This document shows, piece by piece, positions 36,088 to 44,160 of a DNA stretch of 64,000 nucleotides (its first letter is position 1; each line of letters begins with the position of its first letter). Source of the stretch: a virus (lineage: Duplodnaviria > Caudoviricetes). Location of the stretch: IMG/VR virus record IMGVR_UViG_3300045391_001060, positions 3,605 through 67,604 of that record; one strand, given 5' to 3'. The notes below the pieces were generated by a model. That model was not told where the DNA came from and made no database searches. It was given only the letters and a program-made list of their open reading frames with translations. A program made the translations under genes and the position numbers.

Positions 36088-38634
36088 CTACGCCGCTTTG
36101 CGTTCTTCTGGAATGACGTATTTCACGTTGCCCTTTTTGCCCCACGGGCCGATCTCGACCTCACCCTCCATCGGGATGTCGAGCTTGATCTTGAACACCT
36201 TCAGGAGCCTGGGCGTCCGGATGATCCTGATAACCTGGGGAAGAACGTCGTCGTCGCAACCGTCGCGGACGATCATAAGCAGCGCGTCGTGGTGTTCACC
36301 GACGAGCTTTAGCTTTGTGCGGTCGATTGTCTCGTGGATCTCTACGAGAACTGCGGCCTTCCAGTCCCCGATTGTGCCTTGGACCGGGCTGTTGATCGCC
36401 TGGCGTTCGGCCTCCATTCTTTTTCCCTTGTCGCCAGCGTAGATCCCCGGCAAGCGGCGTCTCCTCCCGAACATGTTCCTCACGAAGCCGTTCGCGTGCA
36501 CCAGCCTCTTCTGTCTGTCGTGCCACTTTGGCAATTCGCTGTATAGCTGAAAGTAGCCCTCGCGGCAGGCGTGGGCCTCGTCCCATGTCGGTTCCCATCC
36601 GTACTTCTCCTTGGCCGTCTGGATGAACTTTTTCTCGTACATCCCATAGACGTAGCCGAAGTTGATCGCCTTTGCTTTCTTGCGGCCTTCCTTCCAGCCG
36701 TCCCAGATCTCGATGGCCTTATCGTGGCCTACGTCGAGCAGCTTCTCGCAGGCGTCGAAGATCCGGAGCCTCTCACCTGTGAGCTTATAGGCGGTGTCGA
36801 TTACGCGGTCGGCATAGTCGCCGCTGATATATCCGGCCGCGATAGCGAACATGAGAGTTCGCCAGTGGATGTCGATGTTCTCCAGGAAGCACTTCCGCAT
36901 CTCCAGGTCGCGGGAGATCTGCGCGATGATCCTTAGCTCCGCTTGCGAGATGTCCGCTTGGACGAAGTGCCAGCCGGGGGGAGCGATGACCAGATTTCTA
37001 ACCGAGCCATCCCTGGGTATTGAATGTATCCGAGAAGAATACCGTCCGGTAACGGTTCCATGCACTTTGTAGGAGATAAACAAGGTTTCTCCAACCATAC
37101 GCTTACGAAAGCCTTCGACGTAGGTGGAATGGAACTTCGTGACTTCCCGGTACTTGAGGAGTTTGTCGACAAGTGGATGTTTCCCCTTGAGGTCTATGAG
37201 CGCCGTTTCAGATGTAGAAGGCGCGCCTTTGGCCGTGAAGGTTGTGCACTTGATTCCGAGGTCGTCGTAGAGGACGACTCCGACTTGCTTCGGAGCGCTC
37301 CACTTAACGACGCGCCCAGCCATCTCGTTAAGCTCCGCGTTGAGCGAGATAGCCTGCGCTCTAAGATCGAGAGCAAGCGTATCCATTTCTTGAACGTTGA
37401 TAGTCTTGCCCTGAAGTTCAATGTCCTCCATTGCCCGCACCGCAGGCATAACAAGACTATAGAACAGCCGCTCGAGTTCAGGTTCTCTACGGAGACTGGC
37501 TCGAAATACTGTCCGCAGACGCAGCGTATATCCGCAGTCACGCGCATTATACTGGTAGAGCTTGAAAGGATCGACATTGCCTTTCTTCTCCGCTGTCGTT
37601 AGATCGTACTCGGGAACGTCGAGGTACTGCCTGGACATGGACTTAAGGTCATGATCCTCGTTCTCGTCGAGCACGTGACTCGCGAGCATCGTATCGAAAG
37701 TGATCTTAAATCGACGCTTCGTGTACGTCTGGAGCCAGAGGTTATCGAACTTGCCGTTCTGAGCTACGCCGTGTTTCTGGTCCGCCTTCGCGATCCCGGC
37801 GAGCATTCGGATCAGGAACTCAAGAGCATTTCCACGACTCCACGGCGAGCCTCGGTAGTAGTGGAGCTTCTTTGGGTCCTTTCTCCAGGGGTACCAGCCC
37901 GGTACCATATTCGGGATTACCCAGGTCTTGCCGGGGAGCCCGATCCCGACGCAGTTTATTCGACCGAGCTTGTCATGCGGAAAAAGGCTGGTTGTTTCAA
38001 GGTCGAATGAGAAAGACGTAGCCGCACGGAACTCCCGTAGGAACTTATGAAGGTTTCCACGACGAACGATCGACCAAGGCACCTCGGTGCTTTTAACCTC
38101 ACCGCGTAGCGTCCGCGCAAGCCGGGCGATGTCCGCCTTAAAAGCGGGCTCGATCCCCGGATCGTAGAGCATGGCGGCGGGGTGATAAGAAACATAGCCG
38201 CGATACTTCTTGGATGGATCTTCGATGATCGTGCCGTGATGCTGCGAAACCTTGGCCTTCCCCTTAAACAGAGCCTTTGTCGGAGTCGCTCCAAGAGATA
38301 CAACGATTTCAGGCTTGACGCGGTCGATCTCGTAATCCAGGTACTCTCGACACGCTTTGATCTCGGCCGCCGTGGGCTTACGATTATCGGGTGGTCTACA
38401 GCGAACCGTGTTGGTGATAAAGACCTTGGTGAGGTCATTGGCGGCGAGTTCCGCGCGAAGTCGCTTTCCCGAAGCACCCTGAAAAGGTTTTCCTGTCTTC
38501 TCCTCCTCGCGACCTGGAGCTTCACCCACGACCATGATTCGCGCATCTCTCGGTCCCTCCCCGGCGACGCAGACAGTCCCGCTCGTAGTCTTATGGAGCG
38601 GGCACTTCTGACAGTGTGGATTCAGCGACGGCAC
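36088..38634 (-). CDS. polA: Family A DNA polymerase with N-terminal family-4 uracil-DNA glycosylase domain and 3'-5' exonuclease
   Basis: CxxC...GEAPG...CRPP...HPAA (UDG); FDLETT, NGKFD, YNARD (exonuclease); DISQAELR, KAINFG.VYG, HDAL (polymerase). Confidence 0.92.
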   Translation of the reverse strand: MPSLNPHCQKCPLHKTTSGTVCVAGEGPRDARIMVVGEAPGREEEKTGKPFQGASGKRLRAELAANDLTKVFITNTVRCRPPDNRKPTAAEIKACREYLDYEIDRVKPEIVVSLGATPTKALFKGKAKVSQHHGTIIEDPSKKYRGYVSYHPAAMLYDPGIEPAFKADIARLARTLRGEVKSTEVPWSIVRRGNLHKFLREFRAATSFSFDLETTSLFPHDKLGRINCVGIGLPGKTWVIPNMVPGWYPWRKDPKKLHYYRGSPWSRGNALEFLIRMLAGIAKADQKHGVAQNGKFDNLWLQTYTKRRFKITFDTMLASHVLDENEDHDLKSMSRQYLDVPEYDLTTAEKKGNVDPFKLYQYNARDCGYTLRLRTVFRASLRREPELERLFYSLVMPAVRAMEDIELQGKTINVQEMDTLALDLRAQAISLNAELNEMAGRVVKWSAPKQVGVVLYDDLGIKCTTFTAKGAPSTSETALIDLKGKHPLVDKLLKYREVTKFHSTYVEGFRKRMVGETLFISYKVHGTVTGRYSSRIHSIPRDGSVRNLVIAPPGWHFVQADISQAELRIIAQISRDLEMRKCFLENIDIHWRTLMFAIAAGYISGDYADRVIDTAYKLTGERLRIFDACEKLLDVGHDKAIEIWDGWKEGRKKAKAINFGYVYGMYEKKFIQTAKEKYGWEPTWDEAHACREGYFQLYSELPKWHDRQKRLVHANGFVRNMFGRRRRLPGIYAGDKGKRMEAERQAINSPVQGTIGDWKAAVLVEIHETIDRTKLKLVGEHHDALLMIVRDGCDDDVLPQVIRIIRTPRLLKVFKIKLDIPMEGEVEIGPWGKKGNVKYVIPEERKAA

Positions 38635-39101
38635 TAGAGCGTCCGACGCTTCTGATCGAACTTCGCCATCGCCTCTTGGATATCAGCTGTCCATCGGACG
38701 ACCGTGACCCCGCTCTGCTGCAAGAGAGCTATCGGCGAGATATCTCGGTACTCCTCGGCGTAGAACACCTGAATGATCCCGGCGTTGATGAGTAGCTTCG
38801 CGCACTCCCTACATGGTGAGGCGGTGGTATAGAGCGCGGCGTCCTTGGTTCGGATTCCGTGTCGAGACGCAAAGGCTACCGCGTTGGCCTCGGCATGGAT
38901 AGTGTCGAGGCAGGGATTCGTCGGGTTACAGTTGGTCGGCGTACAGTGCGGTATCCCCGCAGGAGCGCCGTTGTAGCCGGTAGAGAGTACCCGACCGTCG
39001 TAGGCTAGCACCGCGCCCACCTGCCGACGTAGGCACGTCGAGCGCTGCCGAACGACGAGCGCCATCTCCATGAGCATTTCTTCTCGGCTGATCCGGGTCA
39101 T
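38634..39101 (-). CDS. dCMP deaminase-family protein
   Basis: RSTCLRRQVGAV, GYNG, HAEANA, PCRECAK. Confidence 0.9.
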   Translation of the reverse strand: MTRISREEMLMEMALVVRQRSTCLRRQVGAVLAYDGRVLSTGYNGAPAGIPHCTPTNCNPTNPCLDTIHAEANAVAFASRHGIRTKDAALYTTASPCRECAKLLINAGIIQVFYAEEYRDISPIALLQQSGVTVVRWTADIQEAMAKFDQKRRTL

Positions 39102-39943
39102 ACGGCTACCCTCGCGTACATGGTATTCCAGTCGTTGACGAAGCAGTGCATCGAGACGCAGTGAAACGTGAACAGCCCGAGCTGAACAGATTTCCAGTCG
39201 ATCCAGTAGCCCGGTCCCGCGTTCACGGCGAGTAGCCCCAGCTCTTCCTGCTTCTTCCGCAGCTGATCCAGGAGCCAGTAGGTCAGACGTGTCGAGAGAT
39301 ATAGGTCATCCCGAAAGTGCCGAACGAAGTCGCACGACCGGATGAAGTAGGACGTGTGGAGATATCCGTTGCGGAGAATCCAGTGGTAGCCCAGGCTACA
39401 CGGTACGCGCTCGCCATGGACAACGCCGGTGTCCTCCGGGAACCAGACAGGAAAATACGCTTGTCGGGTAAGCGGATCTCCCAGGAGATGATCGATGACA
39501 TCGTTGAGGTCCCCGTATCGGTAGCGAATCCCTAGGTGCGGTAGATCGTCTCCGGTCAGCATCTGACCCGCGCGTTTCGGCCAGTAGCGTTCCATGTACG
39601 TATGCGAGAAGGCTTCGCCCTCGGTTCGGAACTTATCGGCCGAGAGAGCCCAGGGCCAGTTCCTCCACTGGACGCCAGGGTTCAGCGGCTTTCCGCCGAC
39701 ACGTTCGAGAAAGTGATCCTCGGCCCAGGGTAGGTTCGGCATGATATCCCGCTGTAGGGCCGGGATGTCCTCGTTCCCAAGTTTGACCTGGAAGGAGTGA
39801 TTGAGGATCTCCTTCATCCGCATTTCTGGCTTTGTCGAAACGTCGGTCGATTGCCAGCGGGTCCCGCGAACCTCGTAGGCCGAAGTCCGCATGAGTTCGC
39901 TCGTCCACTCGACGGCCTTGGCAAAGCTCGGTAGTATTCTCAC
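39098..39943 (-). CDS. Thymidylate-synthase-fold enzyme 1 (dCMP-type specificity residue)
   Basis: Start moved to GTG 39943 (RBS GGAGGA, GTGA overlap); TRQA, VPC, RSCDFVRHFRDD, SMH motifs. Confidence 0.8.
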   Translation of the reverse strand: MRILPSFAKAVEWTSELMRTSAYEVRGTRWQSTDVSTKPEMRMKEILNHSFQVKLGNEDIPALQRDIMPNLPWAEDHFLERVGGKPLNPGVQWRNWPWALSADKFRTEGEAFSHTYMERYWPKRAGQMLTGDDLPHLGIRYRYGDLNDVIDHLLGDPLTRQAYFPVWFPEDTGVVHGERVPCSLGYHWILRNGYLHTSYFIRSCDFVRHFRDDLYLSTRLTYWLLDQLRKKQEELGLLAVNAGPGYWIDWKSVQLGLFTFHCVSMHCFVNDWNTMYARVAV

Positions 39944-40323
39944 CCTCGTCCTCCCGGTACCTGGATCAGAGACTTCTCGATCTTCTCGAACAAGAAAGCG
40001 ATCCCCTGTGGCGTCCGTACCGTCGCGCGAAATTGGTAGGCGTCGGGAACGAGATGGCCGGGGATCGCGACGATGAATTCCCTCGGCTGCATCTCCCCCA
40101 GCTCCCACTGACGTGCGTTGCCATCCTTATCATACTTGTCCTTGGCTAGGACGTAGATATGCAACGACTCGTCGGGCGGCTGTGCCCCAAGATGAAGTAC
40201 CTGCCCGTTAGCCGGAAGGTGCGCGATTACTCGCTGGAAGCCTTCGGGGGTGGTGACTTCTTGGCCGAGGAGAGGACAGCGAAAGAGGCGTCGAGCTGGA
40301 CCGATTTTGATGGGCTTATCCAC
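39940..40323 (-). CDS. Hypothetical protein
   Basis: 127 aa between kinase 2 and TS1; start uncertain. Confidence 0.5.
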   Translation of the reverse strand: MDKPIKIGPARRLFRCPLLGQEVTTPEGFQRVIAHLPANGQVLHLGAQPPDESLHIYVLAKDKYDKDGNARQWELGEMQPREFIVAIPGHLVPDAYQFRATVRTPQGIAFLFEKIEKSLIQVPGGRG

Positions 40324-40673
40324 TGTAGTAATTCCTCACTTAGAGCGATCACCTGTTTTCCCATGGTCTGCTGTCCGAGCTTCACGAGATTGTTCTGTGG
40401 CTCGCGGAGCAGAATGAACTTGTCGAACGGCGGATCGACCGTCGGATGCATAGCCATCCACTTCCGGACGGCGCGCGGTACGACCACGCCTTCGATGATC
40501 CAGTCGCCCGGCCGGTCGAACCACTCGGCGACCCGGCGGCTGTACTCGCTCCACTCCAGGTTCTCTGGGAGTAGGCTATCGGTCTGCCAGAGCGGAATAC
40601 CAAAAACCGCCGAGAGGATCGAGCCGACCGTGCTCTTGCCGCTCTGCGGCGGCCCGGTGATTACGATCCTCAT
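40227..40673 (-). CDS. P-loop nucleotide kinase-like protein 2
   Basis: Start at ATG 40673; RIVITGPPQSGKST, WIIEGV; 3' end overlaps the next ORF. Confidence 0.65.
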   Translation of the reverse strand: MRIVITGPPQSGKSTVGSILSAVFGIPLWQTDSLLPENLEWSEYSRRVAEWFDRPGDWIIEGVVVPRAVRKWMAMHPTVDPPFDKFILLREPQNNLVKLGQQTMGKQVIALSEELLQWISPSKSVQLDASFAVLSSAKKSPPPKASSE

Positions 40674-41617
40674 GGCTCGAAGTCGGACAGAAGGCTGTAG
40701 GATCGTAGAAACCCAGCTGCTCTCGCGTGCCCGCCCCCGCCGTACTGAACGGCGATCTCCGATACGTCCACGCCACCCGGCTCGGAGCGTAGCGAGAACT
40801 GCCGTCCATTCGGTGTGTCGTAGTACGTGGCCGCGAACGGCTGCTTGTACGGATCGTTGGGGTCGGCGGATTTGCGCCCCTCGAAGTTCCGCGAGCAGAG
40901 GATATGTCCTGCGTCGGAGGTCATGGTGTACGGCAGGTTCGCGACCGGGACGAGATATCCGCCGAGGCGCATCGGTCGAGTGGAAACGAGGATCAGCTCC
41001 TCGATATCTTTGAAGTGCTTCCGCTCGATTGCAATTCCTCCGTCGATCATCAGATTCCGGGGGTTCGGATGCTCGAATCCCTCGATCAACGAATCCCAAA
41101 CCTCGAAGTCATACGGATAGGAGAACAGACACGCTTGGATCTCTCGCGTGTTCGGAAGCTTGAACTTCCAGAGGTCCCGGTCCTCGACGTGGTCGATGAG
41201 TTTCGGTCGCGGTTCGCCGGGATTGAAGAAGTCCCAGGTAAGACCGGCACCGGAGCGATTCATGTCGAATTCCAGCATGACCCTGGAGAATGGATCTCCG
41301 TAGCGAACCATGCTCTCCCAATCGGTTCGGCTAAATCCCCAAACGTGCTTGACGTCGTTCATGTCGATTGCCGCCGACTTGTGGTGATCGAGCACCATAA
41401 TCGACTTCGCCTTCTTGGCTAGCTCGAGCATGATCTCCTTCTTGTAACAGAAGTCCACGAAGATGACGTCCCGGTCGGTGACGTCGGGCGGCGGGCGCTG
41501 GTAGACGCCGGGATAGAAGTCCACCGCGTCTGCGCCGAGCGCGCGGCGAACGACCCACGCGGCGGTGAATCCGTCCGCGCAGTTCCCGTGGTAGATGCAG
41601 AGAATTAACGGATTCAT
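40670..41617 (-). CDS. DHH/DHHA1 phosphoesterase
   Basis: YHGNCADG, DF, LDHH, EDRDLW, GGGHARAAGF. Confidence 0.85.
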   Translation of the reverse strand: MNPLILCIYHGNCADGFTAAWVVRRALGADAVDFYPGVYQRPPPDVTDRDVIFVDFCYKKEIMLELAKKAKSIMVLDHHKSAAIDMNDVKHVWGFSRTDWESMVRYGDPFSRVMLEFDMNRSGAGLTWDFFNPGEPRPKLIDHVEDRDLWKFKLPNTREIQACLFSYPYDFEVWDSLIEGFEHPNPRNLMIDGGIAIERKHFKDIEELILVSTRPMRLGGYLVPVANLPYTMTSDAGHILCSRNFEGRKSADPNDPYKQPFAATYYDTPNGRQFSLRSEPGGVDVSEIAVQYGGGGHARAAGFLRSYSLLSDFEP

Positions 41618-41955
41618 TTGTGGTTCCTCTCCAATCCCCTGAAGGCAGAGGGGACGGCTTTCGGGTTAGGGAAGAAGTGCTTCGCGTTCATCTGGGCCCA
41701 CTGAATCTCGCGCTTGGTCGAAAACCCGATGTACTTCGTCTCATCGGAAATCAGGACCACGGCGTCGGACTCCAGGATCTTCCGAAGATGCACGAGGTCG
41801 AGAATGATCTTCTCTGCCTCCGTGACTTCGTTCGGCTCTCCGTCGCTGGAGATGAACGCCACCGAGTAGACGATGTGTCCCTCCGCCGTGAGCTTCCGGT
41901 TAGCCTCGTGGTAGAGGTCTTTGAAACGGGTCGATCCGATCAGACAGAGCTTCAT
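41614..41955 (-). CDS. Nucleoside 2-deoxyribosyltransferase-like / DUF4406-like Rossmann protein
   Basis: KLCLIGSTRF...H.RKI.ESDAVVLI...YIGFST.REI..A. Confidence 0.6.
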   Translation of the reverse strand: MKLCLIGSTRFKDLYHEANRKLTAEGHIVYSVAFISSDGEPNEVTEAEKIILDLVHLRKILESDAVVLISDETKYIGFSTKREIQWAQMNAKHFFPNPKAVPSAFRGLERNHK

Positions 41956-42103
41956 TTTCTTTCTCCTTCTTGATTAGGTCATGGTCGAACTTATCAGGGT
42001 CGAAGAACATGAGCGGGCGCTCAGAGGAATACATGCTACGGAAGTTGACAGTAACGGACTTCCGCCTAGTCTTCCTCGACCGCTTTTTTGCGGCGCGTGA
42101 CAT
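41900..42103 (-). CDS. Possible small basic protein
   Basis: 67 aa filling the gap between TS2 and the NDT-like gene, with overlaps at both ends. Confidence 0.3.
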   Translation of the reverse strand: MSRAAKKRSRKTRRKSVTVNFRSMYSSERPLMFFDPDKFDHDLIKKEKENEALSDRIDPFQRPLPRG

Positions 42104-42860
42104 AGGTATCTCGCTGGTGGTGGAGCTTCGGCAAATCGTACCCGAGTTTGCGGTACAACGGGTCGATCAATTTCACGAGCTGCTTCGGCTCGCCGCGCTC
42201 CCAATTAAGCCGGTGCATGACCTGCTCGGGAGAGAACGGGAACCACTGATCCTCGGTATACGATGAGCGGAGGAGCCAGCGAAGTCCACGCTTGAAGAAG
42301 TCCCGGTCGGTGTCGTAGACGAACTTGACGAAATCCTCCGGGTCCCAGTACTGAAGCAGGACGGGAAGGTACACGCCGCTGAGGTGGATATTCGCGAACC
42401 GGAACTTGACGATGTCCGGCTCGAGACCCAGCTCCTTAAAGACCCAGTTCAGGAGGACGATGTCGGCGTGGAACTTGAAGATCGCTTCAGTAGAACGGTA
42501 GTGAATCTCCGCGACTTCCAGTTGGGGGCGCCGCATTCGTGAAACTACTAAAGACAATAAGCACCACCCCTGAGACCGTGAATTCTTTTGCTGTCCACGA
42601 AACGATAGGGCTACAGAGGTCATATGGTGGCCCCTGCCCCGCGCGCGTCGATCGAGGATGGACTTGACCCGCTCGAACTCCTCCGGATTGATGTAGTTCT
42701 TCCGGAGCTGTCCGTCCTTGTTGGCTTTGTAGCCAATATCGTCGTAGGACAGATTCGGGAGTTTCTTCTGTTCCCATGTGAATCCATTGAATAGCTTGTA
42801 GAGACCACCCCTGAACGTCGGCTCCTCGCGGACGAGACGCCGAATGAGACGGAGCATCAT
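42066..42860 (-). CDS. Divergent thymidylate-synthase-fold protein 2
   Basis: GWCLLSLVV...HYRSTEAIFKFHAD...NIH aligns with the TS motifs PCH...QRSCDVFLGLPFN...DTH. Confidence 0.55.
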   Translation of the reverse strand: MMLRLIRRLVREEPTFRGGLYKLFNGFTWEQKKLPNLSYDDIGYKANKDGQLRKNYINPEEFERVKSILDRRARGRGHHMTSVALSFRGQQKNSRSQGWCLLSLVVSRMRRPQLEVAEIHYRSTEAIFKFHADIVLLNWVFKELGLEPDIVKFRFANIHLSGVYLPVLLQYWDPEDFVKFVYDTDRDFFKRGLRWLLRSSYTEDQWFPFSPEQVMHRLNWERGEPKQLVKLIDPLYRKLGYDLPKLHHQRDTYVTRRKKAVEED

Positions 42861-42861
42861 G

Positions 42862-43467
42862 TCAAACCCCCGATGCGATGCGTTTGTAATTGATTACTTC
42901 TTTCCGCATGAACTGTTCGTAGAGATCCTCGGAGTTGAGCCCGGCGGTACGGACTAGCGCCCCGAACCAATAGAACATGCCACGGACTCGATGAGTGAAC
43001 TGCTCCTCGTCGCGCTCGACCCGACACGTCTGTTTCCAGGGTTTGTTCTTCAGCATCTCGGCGACCTGCAGAGTCGCGAGGATCATAAACCGTGCGTTGG
43101 TCTCCTCGTCGGGGAAGACAAACGAGTCGTCCTTCGACGCCTGGACGACGATATCGAGCCGGTCTCCCCAGCGCAGATCCTCCTGGATGAGCGTCGCGTC
43201 GTATCCGGCCAGCAGGGCGAACTCGATCAGGAAGTGGAGAACGTCGGCCAGCTCCTCGGGCCGCTCGGCCGGAGTCGCGCCTAGGAACTCCGACAGTTCG
43301 AGATTGATCCAGTGGAGACCTTTGTGCAACTCGACGCAGCCCTCTCGGGTCTTCCAGTCGGCGTGTTCTACCGCGTCGCGGTGGATCATGCCTAGCTCGA
43401 ACTGGACTGTTCGGAAGGCGGACGAGGACTTGGCCTTGCTCTCGAAGATCTTGGCGAGACGATCCAT
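42862..43467 (-). CDS. All-alpha NTP pyrophosphatase (dimeric dUTPase/dCTPase/MazG superfamily)
   Basis: ELSE...EELADVLHF; KPWK...K...NYKRIASG. Confidence 0.7.
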   Translation of the reverse strand: MDRLAKIFESKAKSSSAFRTVQFELGMIHRDAVEHADWKTREGCVELHKGLHWINLELSEFLGATPAERPEELADVLHFLIEFALLAGYDATLIQEDLRWGDRLDIVVQASKDDSFVFPDEETNARFMILATLQVAEMLKNKPWKQTCRVERDEEQFTHRVRGMFYWFGALVRTAGLNSEDLYEQFMRKEVINYKRIASGV

Positions 43468-44000
43468 TACAGTCTCCTATGATCCCAGAACTCCCTTACC
43501 AGCTGGATGGCGTTCGTGCTTTGGGGATCGTTCTGGTAGTTGTAGAAATGAAAGGGAATCCCGGCGTCGCCTAAGTGCATGAAGAAAGCGTCATAGGCGA
43601 GGATGAGCGAGCCGAAGTGCTCGTGCACTCCTTTCATCTGTTCCTCTTTCTGGACGCCCTCCTCGAGCCAGGCCACCGGCGGACGGCAGTAGATCAGAAG
43701 GATCGCCCGGCCCCGGAAGGCGGCGATGACTTCCTCGATCGTCCAGGGGGATGGCCCCTCTTGACGGACTACTGGACGATAGATGTGTTCTGATATAATC
43801 GGGTGGCGATCGGCGATGACGTTGAGGCCGGTCACCGACTGGTATCGCAACCACTGATTCATCCAGTCGATCGTCTCGATGTCGCCGGGTGGGCCCGATC
43901 TCTTTATCAGGAGAGTGGGTCGGCCGGTACCCTTAAGCAGCTTCTGGGCAAGAGTCGATTTACCAGACCCATCGGGTCCTTCGAGAACTACCAACGGCAT
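43467..44000 (-). CDS. dNMP (thymidylate-like) kinase 1
   Basis: Start at ATG 44000 (RBS GGAG); VLEGPDGSGKST, DRHPIISEHIY, LIYCRP. Confidence 0.8.
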   Translation of the reverse strand: MPLVVLEGPDGSGKSTLAQKLLKGTGRPTLLIKRSGPPGDIETIDWMNQWLRYQSVTGLNVIADRHPIISEHIYRPVVRQEGPSPWTIEEVIAAFRGRAILLIYCRPPVAWLEEGVQKEEQMKGVHEHFGSLILAYDAFFMHLGDAGIPFHFYNYQNDPQSTNAIQLVREFWDHRRL

Positions 44001-44160
44001 GTGTCTGTCTCCGCAAGTTTTTTTGATTAGCGCACCGGAGTAAGATACGCCTTCGCTGCGGCGGTTGGAAAGTGAATGTTCACCGCCACGAAAAAGAAAG
44101 GGCGAGGTTGTAGCCTCGCCCAAATCAGAATCGACATAACCGTGTACGGAGATAGACGGC

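Noticed and set aside
39098-39943. Canonical ThyA, or an hmdU / hypermodified thymidine pathway
   Set aside because: Asp rather than Asn at the specificity position, and I recognised no DNA hmU kinase or amino acid:DNA transferase; not excluded without an assay
39944-40108. ORF-track N-terminal extensions (TS1 from 40108, kinase 1 from 44348, kinase 2 from 41099, nozzle from 13829)
   Set aside because: They overlap neighbouring genes; better starts with RBS or translational coupling exist at 39943, 44000, 40673 and 13850
36088-44000. Z-genome (PurZ), 7-deazaguanine or uracil-DNA systems
   Set aside because: No PurZ, FolE/QueD/QueE/QueC or DpdA-like ORFs seen, and an intact-looking UDG domain argues against dU DNA
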